DNA of 64,000 bases from Raillietiella orientalis (lineage: Eukaryota), in contig JAYWIR010000027.1 of NCBI GenBank assembly GCA_036172245.1, forward strand, positions 2,232,001 to 2,296,000, given 5' to 3'. Positions 14,179-26,586 of this stretch are shown here, piece by piece (the first letter of the stretch is position 1; the number at the start of each line of letters is the position of its first letter). Under the pieces are notes generated by a model. The model had not been told where the DNA came from, ran no database searches, and saw only the letters and a program-made list of their open reading frames with translations. Made by a program: the position numbers and the translations under genes.

Positions 14179-14637
14179 ATGGATAAAGAGGAAAGGGATT
14201 GTGAAAATCTTGAATTGAGTGAAATTGAAGAACTTCATTTATACCCAGTTGATGACAATTTAACTGATGCATCTGAAGACAGTGCAAGTGATGATGATTC
14301 TGGAATTCGTTATAGTGATGGCGAAATTATTGTAAAACGGCGACGAAGAATCGGAATTTTTGAGAATGAAAACTCTTTCGGAGAAGAAGATGAATGGGTC
14401 GATAGAACGGATGGCAAAAGGATTCCAAAAAGGATTAATTTTACAGTGTCGCCCAGGGTCACTGGACCACAGATTGCATGGGAAACGAATAGAGGAACGA
14501 ACGAACGAAACATTGTGGAACGAATAGAGTATTTCCAGTTATTTTTCACGGAAGAGCTTGTCAAGGGGATCATCGAAGAAACCAACAGCTTTGCAAAAGG
14601 AACAATCGCAGCGGAACACCTGACGAATGAAGATTAA
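14179..14637 (+). pseudogene. Truncated piggyBac (PGBD-like) transposase, acidic N-terminal region only
   Basis: Acidic N-terminus followed by IEYFQLFFTEELVKGIIEETNSFAK, the typical start of the piggyBac DDD domain. The ORF stops before the catalytic aspartates. Confidence 0.8.
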
Positions 14638-15745
14638 TGTTTTTTTTTCTCATCAGAGCAAAACCCCTTACCTTTCAAACTTTTGCTTGCGAAAGCGTGC
14701 CGGAGTTGCTGGTCAGTCGTGTCGACAATCGCTTGGAGTGCAAAGGGTCAACGTTTGACCATTACTGCTTCCGACGGAGTTTCCGGTCACCGAGTGCCTG
14801 GGTTGCGTTTGCAAGACTGCATACTTGTGCTTCATGACGATATGCCTTCGGGCCAAGCGCGCGATTGTGTGGTTGTGGCGTGGTCCGTCCTTTGCACGGA
14901 GTTGTTGATCCTGCAGGGAACGGGAACACCACGGGGAGCAGAGAGTTTCCAGGAGGCCTTCGAATCTGCATTTCGATGCCGTGCTCCGGTCGCGCCGAAG
15001 AGCGGCCCCCGTGCGCGCGTGGTGCACGCAGCAGCAGTCGATGGGAATTTGCCCGATTCGCAGAGCAGACCAACCACCGCAGGCAAAAGTGTTGCCTGCA
15101 TGTGATCAAACAAGGGAAAGGAAAAGGCATATGTTTTCTTAATGTGGACCCGTAACCGAAAGCTCGCCGCCGCAAAAGTTTTCCTGTGTTTGAGCAAAGT
15201 TTGTGCCTGAACACCTGACATCAGCTTTCCGGAGACGTCGAATACGTTGTTGCATAACCCTTAGTTTTTGAACAACCCAGCTTGTTGAGAGATTGTTCTA
15301 TTAAATTCTTTGCGAATTTTCTTTTTTTTTTCCTGTGTGTATTGTACCCGTTAGGAAACCATGAGTTTCTGGGCTTTCAGACGGTGAGAGATTATCTCAG
15401 CGACCTCCTGCCTCTAGATTCGGGATTTGAAAGTCAGCGTTTCCTGGTTAACAGATTTGAAATTAATACCAGAAAAGTATTGAATGATCTCCAATGTTTT
15501 GAGTAAAGATCGTCAATATGTCGTTGTACCCATAGTTGTCATACATGTAGAAAGAAGTTCTGTATTTCAAGTTTGTTTCCAAGAATTACATCCAGAGAAA
15601 TGCTTGTCGCGGGATAATGGGAAATGAAATTCATACTGATTGTTAAAAATTGAGAATAATTTCGAAATTTATTATATCAATTCAGTTTTTAACCTTGCAT
15701 TGGAAAATTATTGGAGGAACATGATCCGTTTTTTACTCTAGGAAT

Positions 15746-16330
15746 ATGGGCTCACTTCAAATTTTGCAGAATGCTGCCAAGTTATGGGGTTTTTGTAATC
15801 CCATGTTGAGTCGTAGTTTGCAGTACCTGGATAGTACAATTGTTTGGTTCTCTTCCAAAGCTAAAAAGGATGATGATAGTAGCCCTCCTAGTATAGATAG
15901 ATGTGTTGGTGTCCCAGTAGAAGTTAGCTTGGAATATATGAAAAGTGATGCATACAAAGAATGTTATGGCACTGAACCTGTTTGGAAGTACTTTAGAGCA
16001 AACTATAAGGGAAGAATGCCACCAAGAAAAACTAGGAAGACTTGTATAAGAAATGGTAAAATAGCAACTGGGAACCCATGCCCTATCTGTAGGGATGAGT
16101 ATTTAGTTCTGGACTATCGCAATGTAAGCCTGATAGAACAATTTATTTGCAAGCTTTCTGGAGCAATTTTGAATTGCAATAAGTTGGGACTTTGTCAGTT
16201 CCAGCAACGAAGATTGTATGTAGCTATTGACAAAGCTAAAGATTATGGATATATAGTTTATGATGTTCCTTTCCGGAAATATGATTATGCTAATTATTAT
16301 GAAAGCTTTTCCACCTTGTGTTATCCTTAA
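15746..16330 (+). CDS. MRPS18B: Mitochondrial 28S ribosomal protein S18b
   Basis: Motifs PRKTRKTCIR, GNPCPICRDEYLVLDYRN, GLCQ and DVPFRKYDY are typical of metazoan (arthropod-like) mRpS18B. Single-exon CDS with AATAAA near 16367. Confidence 0.95.
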   Translation: MGSLQILQNAAKLWGFCNPMLSRSLQYLDSTIVWFSSKAKKDDDSSPPSIDRCVGVPVEVSLEYMKSDAYKECYGTEPVWKYFRANYKGRMPPRKTRKTCIRNGKIATGNPCPICRDEYLVLDYRNVSLIEQFICKLSGAILNCNKLGLCQFQQRRLYVAIDKAKDYGYIVYDVPFRKYDYANYYESFSTLCYP

Positions 16331-16787
16331 TTCTTATCAACTTGATTGTGTGAATGTTATCAGTAAAATAAAAGTCATTTGAATGCTGTTGTTTCTGCTT
16401 TTAATCAGGCATTGAGTCCAAAGCATTACATTTGGTGTTCTAAATTGACTCAAAAATGCTGTTATACATCAGATTCTGTGTTTATTGCAACCATTTCAGA
16501 ATGATTCAATGTATCATTGCAACTTGAAAAATTTGACATAGTATGATATTTGAGCAAAGATATACTCACTTCAGTTGGAAATTTCCGTGTTCACACTACA
16601 AATGTGTTGATATGAGTTGTGTGGTGTCCTAACATATGACAGTTTTTGGATGTCAAGTGGGTCTGGTGTAGCAGATCTTGATTTCATAAAGAGAGAGCAT
16701 GTCAATGAATTTGAAATGTATGTAAATGACAGCAAAATGTTTGTTGATCATCGTGTCATCTTGCAGATTGTACCTTCATAAAACAAG

Positions 16788-19287
16788 ATGGTAGAACAAA
16801 ATAATAGTCTCATTGAATTAGAAACACAGGAAAAAAAATCTGGAGTTAGTAATCTTGAAGAGAAGCATGTAAACACTAATGCAAGTGTCATTAATTCTGT
16901 TTATGCCATTAGTATCAGCTTTTTTTTTTTTTTTCCAGGCACCACAAACAGGAGTAAAACAAGTTATAGGGGAGCCTCTTGAGTGTTTGAAAATAGAAAT
17001 TAAAACAGATGGGGAAGTGAAGCATGTGCCAGCTCTGGTAAGAAAACAGTGTAGGACTGTGTGAAAGGACTTATTTTTCAGAGTCCAGAGTGGACAGAAA
17101 AAGTAATGTTTGTGCCTTTTACAAGACCCCCTTTACCTGAAGCAGATGGAAGTTGGACAAGTGGACGATTGGAAGAATGGATGGAAAAAATGACACTTTT
17201 GCAGGAAGACTTGAAGTGGCTGCTCAGATTACCTTACCATCGTTTTTGGTCTCAAATGATCTATGATCCTGGAGCCAGGCAGTGCCTGCAGCATTTTCTT
17301 AAAGAGTGCCCTCGTGCCTATGATCTACCCCAAATGTCCAATCTCCCAGATGTAACCCAGATGTTGTACTCTCTGCAGAAACTGGTTTTTCTTGTCTTTC
17401 TTCGTATGCTGACTCACAGAGAATCCAAAGTGAGTTTTCCACTACAATATCAGAGATGATTATCATGTAACAACTTCCAATTTTTAGCATTGCCACATGT
17501 CTCCAAAGGCTTTTGCTACACTAGTCTATGACAAATATCTACTAGATGTGCCAAAGCTCATTGATATTTGTGTGCTTTTTGGACAAGGAAACAGACCCTT
17601 GCTTCATAAAGCCATCAGCCATTTGTTTGATTTGCAACCCAAATACCATACAGATCTGAGACACACAGCAGCTTTTCTTGTCAAGTTGATAGAGCAGATT
17701 CAAGAGCAACTAGAAGTTCAGTGCAAGGATGAGTGCACTCTGCACTCAGCTTGCCAGTTAGTCAACACTCTAGCCTTTGTAACAGACATTGTCATGGGTG
17801 TATACTGGCTGCTTGTTGTGTTTGCTGCTGCCAGCATTTCTTTCCATGAAGAAATGTTTGAATCACATCTGGCTGCATTCTACCATCACACACTACCAAA
17901 GATCATGCATTCCTTGAACATGCTGTCTAAGTTTATTGTGCCTAAAGTTCTAGCACACTATGATGTAACAAGAGTGGCCATGATTTGTATTTTCAGAAAC
18001 ATTGTGAGTGATTCATGTCTCAAACCACTTTGTGAAGCATCGTAAGTATTAACTCATATGTATCTTCTTGACTCCTATCAGAGATGGTAAGTGTGCTTCC
18101 CGGTATTGTGATGAATACTTGCATTTGCTTACTTCCTGCTTGGATTATCCCAACTTTATCAAGGATTATCAACAATACTTTCCAGTAGCAGCAGATATAG
18201 AACTTCTCCAGAGTCATACACCAGGAGATCTGTGCGAATTTCAAAGAGACTGCAAAAGATACTGATTACATGTGTTTTAGTGATCCTGTCTGTGTAGATT
18301 TTCTGTTGGCAGGTGTAGACAGTAGTTGTGCCAATAGTGATGATATCTTTCAAGAGAATCCTTCAGGAAACAGGTTATTAGAAGCATGCTTGGATAAGCC
18401 AGAAAATGCTGCTGCTGCATCTGTTGCTCCCAATGCAACAGAGTTGCAGTCCTTGATCAGCAGCATTCAAGATTTGTTTCCTGACATCTCTAGTGCACAA
18501 GTTGAAGTAAGACGATCATTTTCATAAGGATAAAATCGACTGCAATCCTAGCACTACTTGGAGTATTATAATTATGATGTGGAAATTACAACTGATGCTA
18601 TACTGAATAAAACCTTGCCACCACATCTGCAAGAACTTAACGTTATGGAAGAAAACAAGGCAATCCAGCAGCCTGCTAGTCTTGCACATGAACCATCATT
18701 GGAAAAAGGTCTAGAATTGATTAGCATTCACAGAGGCAAATGGTTAGGTGATCATGTGGTATCTAGTAATATAACTTTGATTAGGAATGCGGTGGAACAA
18801 GAAAGTTTCTTTGATGATAAAAAGGAAAGTAAAGATTTCTATCACAGTCATGCAGCACTCTTTGAAGAGTACGATGATGAGTATGATGACACATATGATG
18901 AAGCAGCTTTGGGAGAACTGGAGCCAGATGCCCGAAGGTAGCATGGTCTCTGTTTAAAAAATACTAATTAAAGCAAAACAAAATACTCACAGACCAATAG
19001 TGACACCACAAGTGCTACAAACACAGAAAGGCAGTGTTGATGATGATGACAATGATAGCCCTGATTCAAATGTCTTTAGTCAAAAAATGGCTGTCAAAAA
19101 CACAAGAGATGTTAAAGGTAGGTAATTATATATTTGATAGTATATTTAGTGGCAAGCAGGGCAACCTCGGGGACAAGGTCAGAGTGATCAAGTTTTATAC
19201 AACAGACATATGAAACATGTCCACAAGAGTCAGATGAGAAAAACAGGAGCAGATTGGAAGCGACGCCAAGGAATGTTCCACACTTAG
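16788..19287 (+). CDS. ASCC2: Activating signal cointegrator 1 complex subunit 2 (CUE domain)
   Basis: Exons 16788-16868, 16939-17037, 17082-17429, 17488-18041, 18082-18231, 18281-18506, 18552-18742, 18785-18937, 18993-19117 and 19160-19287 join in frame through GT..AG introns. Motifs: WLLRLPYHRFWSQ, LRMLTHRESK, DVPKLIDICVLFG, CUE (IQDLFPD..LEYYNYDVE), YDDEYDDTYD, RPIVTPQVL, GQPRGQGQS, ADWKRRQGM. Confidence 0.93.
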
Positions 19288-19312
19288 CAACAATTCCATA
19301 TATTTGCTGAAT

Positions 19313-20107
19313 TCAGGATAACTGATTCTGAATCACTAAGTTGACAATATATGCAAAAGCAGCAAAGCTAAGCAGAACACATGCATTGGTCAGCAAATGG
19401 TTGAAAGTGCTACTAGCTGAAGCTGGAATGCAGTGCAATGCTGAGTTCCAAAGAGCATCTGTTGTATCCTGGGCTCTCTGTTCCAGTACAGTTCTAGTGT
19501 GCTACACACAAAATGTGCTGCTTGTACATCATATACTAACCTGAGCAAGCTCTGGAAAAAGTTCACAAAACTGTGGATTTTTTAAATTAAATTGCAAACT
19601 GTCCCTGGCTAGCTGCCGTTTTTCTTCATCAGATGTTTTTATGCTGCCCATAGTCGGGCTCTTTTCTATCTATCATATCATTTGCAGATGTTATCATAAT
19701 CATTGCTTACCATGAAACTGAGAAATCCTGTCAGAATGGTGCCTGCACTCCAAGAAGGATTCCAAGTATCAGGATGAAAATCACTGTTGGAAAGGCACAG
19801 CTTAGTGTTGGTTTTAAATCTACCATTAGGTGTGAGCATATAGATGCTAGGTGGCCTATAGGGAAAATCAGTTGGAAATATCAATTTTCCATGATAAAGT
19901 CCTCCTGCATATACTGTATCATCTGGTGCTTGTAATACATAATGCCTGCAGCAAGATTAGCATGTTCAATATTGCAGACAATCTCAGTTACCATTCAAAA
20001 ATGTTACTCGGAAGAGGCTCTGCATGCACATATGGAATCTGTACCTTCTTCAAGGTAACATAATCCTTCCTTAATCTGATTACAGCTGAAGAATTTCCTT
20101 TGCCCAT
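19313..20107 (-). CDS. UBE2J2: Ubiquitin-conjugating enzyme E2 J2-like (Ubc6), tail-anchored
   Basis: Exons 20107-19992, 19945-19711, 19669-19541 and 19501-19313. Motifs: AEPLPSNIFEWHYV, YHGKLIFPTDFPYRPPSIYMLTPNGRF, KLCLSNSDFHPDTWNPSWS, FCELFPE, and a C-terminal TM segment CVLLSFAAFAYIV. Confidence 0.95.
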
Positions 20108-23100
20108 AATGGAAGAATAACTCAATTATACATTATTAAGCTATTAATCATTCAACCCTTTGCATGAATGAAAAAAAATCTGAAACTTTACATAGAACAT
20201 TAAAAACAATGCAATTAATTTTCCACAATGTTTTAGGCACATTTTAATTCACAGGTTTCCACAGTTACATGAACTATCGATCTGCTGCTGAACATTGAAA
20301 TGTAGGATGTAAATGCAAAGGCATTAATGTTAAAGTTCAATGCTCTCTACTAATGATTTAGATCCGAACAACAAATTATATGCATCCTACTATCATGGCT
20401 GAACCCACTTCAATAATGCATAAATGACAAGAAACACAAAAGTTAACAAGGAAACTCCATTTGAAATGAAGCAACTCAAAAGAGCTGATTGAACCAAGTG
20501 ATTTCGATACTGCAGGTTATGAAACGAGTATTGCTACTGTGAATATGAAACACTATCATCATGGGCTATCGAATACAAATGGACAAATGTTAATAACAGG
20601 CGTACATTATTGTTCGCACCACGTTGCATAAGTACTCATTACAGGCGATGAATCAAATACAAAAAGCATTGCAATCTAGGAAAATTTTTCATTCCCAAAA
20701 TTCCATTCTTCTATCATTATGTATGAAATTATCACTGCATGTAAGAAATAACCGCAATCTTTTCTTTAGCTTTTTTTCATGTTTTGTCTTGTTTATTTGA
20801 TGGATAACTTTCAAAAATAAAAGAATACTGGGATATTCTTAACATACTGTGCAATTTTGTTGACAAAGCCTGAAATGCTGTTTCAAAATAGCTGCGGGGA
20901 GACACCTTATTCACTTACAAAATGGTGAAAATGGATACATTTGTATTGGCTGGGCATTTAAACAACAACGCATTTAAAAAGGGCTTGAAAATTAAATCAT
21001 TCTGATTATATTTCGAAGAGTACTTAAAAACTGAACTTGAAACCCTATGGGAATTCGGGAACATGGAAATGTGGTCACTACTTATATAAAAACTCTTGAA
21101 TCGTTACCAAAATCATACAAATGCTTTGCTTATTTATGTACTTACTGGTATTGTTTTCGAGTTTATTTATATCTTAAAAACTACCACTGGAAACGGTGCT
21201 GACGAAAATTTGACATCACAAACACCAGCTTGCGCCTGGCGAATTAACCTTATTCGAGGCCACATAAACAAACGCAGACGGCGCGTCCCGACCACCAGGA
21301 CTACTTCCTGAGGGTGAATCCACCATGGTCCCCCCCCCCCCCCATAAACCCATGCAACCAACGCCCTCGAGCAAGTAGGAGGAGAGAGTCTGCACCATGG
21401 GGAGCACTTTTTCCAGCTCAGGGCTGCAAAATCCTCAGGAGTGGAGCTGCTGCTGGCCCGGCGGCCACTCACACGTAACCTCACTTTCCTTCCAAAGTGG
21501 AACTGCGTGTTCACACGTGCTGTCCAAGAAGTTGGACACGCGAGTGTGCAATCAAATGACTTGCAAAACACGCTGAATGCGCTGACGAAGAACATCGAAG
21601 CATCGCTCGACGATGATGCTTCGACGACTCAAAGGTGCTGCCAGACTAAAGCGTGCAGTGATCGAGTTCATCTACAAGTGGGAAGAACACCAAGACTTGG
21701 AGAGAAATGTCAAGTAGAGACCAAGGGAAACCAAGTTTCAGTGTTTCGTGATTCAAGTGGAATTGTAGCGTACGTGTTGCAAACGGTGCCTGCCCTCGGA
21801 AGATAAACACGACTGATGTGCTGATGCATTCTTAAAAGCTACCGGCGGATTTTCAGAAGGCATTTTTGGGTTGGAAAATGAAAAAAAATACTTCAGGAAA
21901 CCGAACTTGGACATATGGGACCTACAAACGAGGCAACTGATGTTTTGGAACGCTGTTGAGCATGATCACTTAGCTCTGAGAGGAATTTAGCTCAGCAGAT
22001 CATAATAGGTGGAATTTTCTTGATGGTAGACAACTCAAAAAGTAGCAGAAACTGTAATAAATCATGCCAACATCGTGAAATAGAGGAAATGGTGGATTCG
22101 ATGTATGTGAATCGATGTAATACTTTGCCAAGTTTGGAGATGAACAGCTAGCTGGATTTTGAAGCAACTGTGTTGAAACTACGACACCATCTCGAATGCC
22201 CCGGAGAAAGCTGTGCCTGACGCCGATGAATAGGCATTCAGTGAGAGTCGAGACAGCACAATTATACCGGAGACTCAAATTCTGGAAGGAATGAAGAGAC
22301 TCCGTATCGATCGAAGTTAGTCATTCCCCAAGGGTTCTCGATCCATCCTGAATGCAACCAAAAGATCACTAAAGAAATAGCTGCTGCTGCCTGGAGGAGT
22401 TAAACATCTCTTCATTAAGCATTTTTCAGAGCTTGAATGCTGAGCTGCATAAAGAAACAGACATTCTGCGGGACTGCATCTTTGTCCGCTGCTCCTCGTC
22501 CTTCATCACTGCAGATTTATGGAAAGCATACCTGAGGATTCCCCAAAGTCTGCCACCTTAGCATGCCTTCACATATTCCCTTCGATCGCAGACATACGCG
22601 CAGAGCTTGGAAGAATTCCTCCCCTACAGTCCCACAGTGCTCCCGGGAACTGATTCGTGTGCTCCCATTTCTCCTTCGGTCCGCTCAGTGTCATCGACTG
22701 ACCTTGGACATCAAGCAGCACAGTACGAAAGAAGGTTGAGTGACTGACGGAACTTGGCGTCGGAAGGGGGCGGACGCCAGTGCCAAGAGTGAAGGCTCTG
22801 CATCCAGGTGCGAGCGCTTTGGGGCTCCGTGTATCGAGAGGAGGCCGATAGGTGGTCCCGAATTCAGGGAGTGGGGCTCTGGGAAGAAGGAGGAACGGTG
22901 GAGAAGAAAACGAAGCGATAGACGGAGCTGAGACTCTTTGACTTATCTCCGCCACTTCTTTGTTAGGAACGGACTTTTGCTCGGACATTCGATCGGACCG
23001 GCATTAACGAACGACCGTTACCACTCGTGGACGCGCCTCCCATGCTGCTGAACGCAAGGTGCTCCCTTTCGAAAAGAGAGAGGAGAAACCGGGAAGCCTT

Positions 23101-23763
23101 TCCGAGAAAGTTCCCTGGTAAAGGGTCCACAGACTCTCAGATCCTTCAGAGGGGGAAGGGGTGATATCGATGCTTTCCTTTATTCCGGACTCCGAAGTCC
23201 TCCCCGAGATCCTCCAGCGGTGCTTCATCCTGTTTCGACGATTTCTTGCCCGCTTTTCCTTCCCGAGATCCCTTGCCCGCGCTGGGAGTGTCTCTCGACT
23301 TTCCCATCGTCGTCTTCCCTTCGTCGGGAGGCATGGAGTGATGCCGCTCTTCCTGGACCCTGTCCATGCCTCCCGATAAAGGGAAGCTGCCTTTCCCAAG
23401 GCGTAGACCAGGACGCGTGCATGGCCGTAGCTTTTTCACTTCTTTTCCAGGCAAGAGTTCCTCTCCTCGTTTCCTTGGTTGTGTACTGGGGCACGCGCCC
23501 TGGCTGCGAGTCGCGTTGGCGTGGGAGAGGGGGATTTGGGAAAGAACATGGTGGTGGTGGTGGGATGGGGGGGGAGGGGGTGCATGTCACGGAGCTTATG
23601 TTTGAGCGTGCGTCGCCCTTAGGCTCCGGTCGCCTTGGGGACCGGAAGACGTCCGACCGCGGCTTCGGAGGGGATTCAAGTGCTCCCGCAAACATTCCCG
23701 CACATCAATCGGTTCGGAAGGGAAAGGCTCAGCGTGCCACGTGTCAGCAAGCTTCTCGCACGG

Positions 23764-23848
23764 AATCTCCGAGGCAACGGCGCGTGAACTGCGTGGCAAC
23801 AGTGGCACGCAATCCGCGCTGGTGACTATTTCCTAGGCTCATTCATCC
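23764..23848. repeat. ~85-bp dispersed direct repeat, copy 1
   Basis: AATCTCCGAGGCAACGGCGCGTGAACTGCGTGGCAACAGTGGCACGCAATCC...CCTAGGCTCATTCATCC, repeated at 25851-25935 with about 4 substitutions. Confidence 0.9.
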
Positions 23849-25850
23849 CCTGCGAGAGCTACACTCCACCTCCCTCACCCAAACGGAGCCCTGAGCGGTT
23901 TCCTCCTCTCCTCTTCCCAGCGCAACAGTCTCCCTGGCAACAGAAGTGCTGGAAAGTCTCTCCTCCGTGGGCCAAAGCTCGGGAAGCTCGGGGGGGAAGG
24001 GCAATGGGGCAGAAGGACGTTCGCCAGTTTCTTCCGAAGGCTCCGCTCATCGTGTGGTCGGGGATGTCTCAGGTTCGTGGTCCTCTGCCTGGGGATCCAA
24101 GAATATTCCTTCCGATCAGCCCATCGACTTTATGCATCCCTCTGTCCACCCCTTCCCCTCAGCACCTATGTTTTGCCGTCTCAGTGGCAGCGGTGGGAGG
24201 CGCACCTAGCCGAACCAATGCCCTGCCTACGAGTCCACCCATTCAACACTGTGAAGTGCCTTGCCGCCGCCTCCCTTGGAAGCTGCAGGAAAGGAGATTC
24301 CTTGAAAACGCAGAGTATGGGGGGGCGGCTTCTTCCCTCGGGCATCCGCCGCCGCCAGCGTTCTGACAAACCTGTATTGCCAAGCGAGAAGGTGGGAAGG
24401 CCATGCAAGCGACCGACAGAGTTTTCAACTAGCAATAATTACACCTCTTTTGCAATCTTCGACTATAATATTGCTCGTGTGCAAAGTTGTGTGGGGAGTA
24501 AGAGCCGAGCAGGGCAACCTGAACCTGCGGTCGCCCGTGGAAACGGCACTGCGCTCGCAGAGGGCCAGGCGTTTCGAGATTCGCGCGCGCAGCTCTATCT
24601 CTGGCCCTTCGTGTGGAGGAACGAAGAAGCGTGATTGGTGCGTCGGGACGAACCGGGCGGGGAGAACGGCCCTCCAGCAAGGAAGGATGAAGGGAGGGTC
24701 TAAACGGGGCGTTCTTTCCCCGAAAAAGGAGGGAGGAGGGGGGTTCTGGGGGTTTCCTTGAGGCGGCCTCTAACGAGTTCTGGCAGCAGTCTGATCGGAG
24801 ACAGCAGGTGGCTTCCTTCCTCTTCTTCCCGTGCTTTCCAGAAAGATCAAAAACAAAAAAGTGAGAAGATAGGAAACCCCTCAGGCTCCACCGAACGGGA
24901 GAGCTCCGAGAGGGCACTGCGATCCGCGGCGTTCCTGCGAGTGAGGTGGATGCGAGAGTCCTGCGCGGGTGGTCTCATAGAGAGAAAGGTTTCCGGGAGC
25001 CGAAGAGGGAAGCTCTTTTCCTTCTTGTGTGAGACCGGGGAGCTTTTCTTATCCCTCGCGTAGGCTCGGGAAGAGCGAGGGAGGGGGGAGCACGTGCACC
25101 GCCGAATGCACACCCAGCAAGCAGGGGAAGGTTGCTCTCCGGGATGCCCTGAGACCCTCCAACCGGATGCGGGGGCGATCGCGAGATCGATCCCGGAAGG
25201 GGCTCCTGGGTGGTCGGAACGATCGGCCGAAATGGGCAGACCACTCCCGTCCCGCCTTCCCCAAACGACGGGTGATGCTGTAGCTGATCGCACACGCCGC
25301 CGCACCTCCCTCAGGAATAATTCAGGCCACCCACGCAACACGTGTGAAGTTCAGCTGCCTGGAGGAGGTTCTCTGAACTGCCACCTTCGTCGCCACTGTC
25401 GTTATTGGCATTTCTTCCTTCCGACAGAGGTGCTGTCCCAGGAAGTGCGATAGAATGGCTCGACGGATCCGCGGACAATAACAGGAAGTGAGCACAGCAA
25501 AGAGCAAACCTTTCTCATCCAGAACGGGTGCTTCGGACCCACCTGCTCTTTCCGTTCAGCAGAAGTGCAAAAAATTCTTGCATGGCAACTTGTGGAAAGA
25601 TACGCACCAGGAAGGAACCCGAAAGGAGCGAAGGATTTCGTTCTGAGGGAAGCACTACGGTGAAGAAGGGGAAGCAACCGAAAGGACGCCATCGTTTCTC
25701 CGAGCGATCGTCGTTTCATCCGCCAAGGTGGACCACAAACGTCTTACAATTCTTTTCCCCTCTAACTTCTTGAGAAGCTTCAAAAAAAGGAAACTGGGAA
25801 AGCGCGCGCAGTGCCATCTCATACGATATGCTTCTGCATTAGTGCAAACA

Positions 25851-25935
25851 AATCTCAGAGGCAACGGCGCGTCAACTGCGTGGCAACAGTGGCACGCAAT
25901 CCGTGCTGGTGACTACTTCCTAGGCTCATTCATCC
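25851..25935. repeat. ~85-bp dispersed direct repeat, copy 2
   Basis: Near-identical to 23764-23848, same orientation. Confidence 0.9.
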
Positions 25936-26232
25936 GATTTCGGTTGCCTCGCGATTTCGGGAAAAGGGGGCGAGATTCGCTCCTTGGGAACGCTTTTGGA
26001 GAGCCAAATGGAGCTCCAGCTAGTCTGCTGATTGCACTGCCAGGGCTGCCAGTTAAATATTGAGAAAAGCACGTCCAACTTCAACGCAGAAAGAAAGTCT
26101 TCCACGAAAGAAAAGAGGAGGAGATTCGACGGGCTTTGGTACTGCCCTGACGAGAGCACGCGAATGGCTGGAGAAAGAAGTCCTCGGAACATTTCACTCC
26201 CAGCTTGGAAACCTAGAAGGATACTTCTAGGT

Positions 26233-26586
26233 CAGTGGTGGCGAACCCATAGCACGTACGCAAATTCTCCTGGCACGTCAATAAGCAACCCCCCCCAAAA
26301 AATAATCACGAAAACAATTTTTTACTCGATCAGTTGGCATCCGAAAAACAAGAAAAATCCCATTAATTATTAAAACACGCATGTCAAGTTCTGAATCTTT
26401 GTGAAATGCTTCATGCTACTCCGGGTTACCTTGTCTCAACTTTTAAATTATTTCATTAAAATTCGCAATAATCAATTTTCTGTTACTTGTTCCTCGTGTT
26501 GAAAACACTCTGGCACGTCAGCACCTTGGTAAATATTATTTATAAATTTTTTGCATGCACACCACACAAAGGCTGGACCACCGCCG
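26233..26586. mobile_element. hAT (Buster/Charlie-type) MITE, ~354 bp
   Basis: Left end CAGTGGTGGCGAACC is a typical Buster-type TIR. The right end AAAGGCTGGACCACCGCCG is degenerate. The 8-bp flanks TTCTAGGT / TCCCAGGT match 6/8, and the left one has the nnnTAnnn pattern. Subterminal CTGGCACGTCA occurs at 26270 and 26510 around an AT-rich core. Confidence 0.7.

Larger units (their letters stand above)
13824..14747 (+). mobile_element. Internally deleted piggyBac DNA transposon (~0.92 kb)
   Basis: Left TIR CCCCTTGCACTCCA (13824-13837) is preceded by TTAA (13820-13823). Right TIR TGGAGTGCAAAGGG (14734-14747) is a 13/14 inverted match, followed by TCAA (degenerate TTAA). A transposase N-terminus lies inside. 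Confidence 0.85.

Noticed and set aside
20156..20323. Small piggyBac-like MITE upstream of UBE2J2
   Set aside because: Only a 9-bp inverted match (CCTTTGCAT) with offset TTAA-like flanks in AT-rich DNA; this could be chance.
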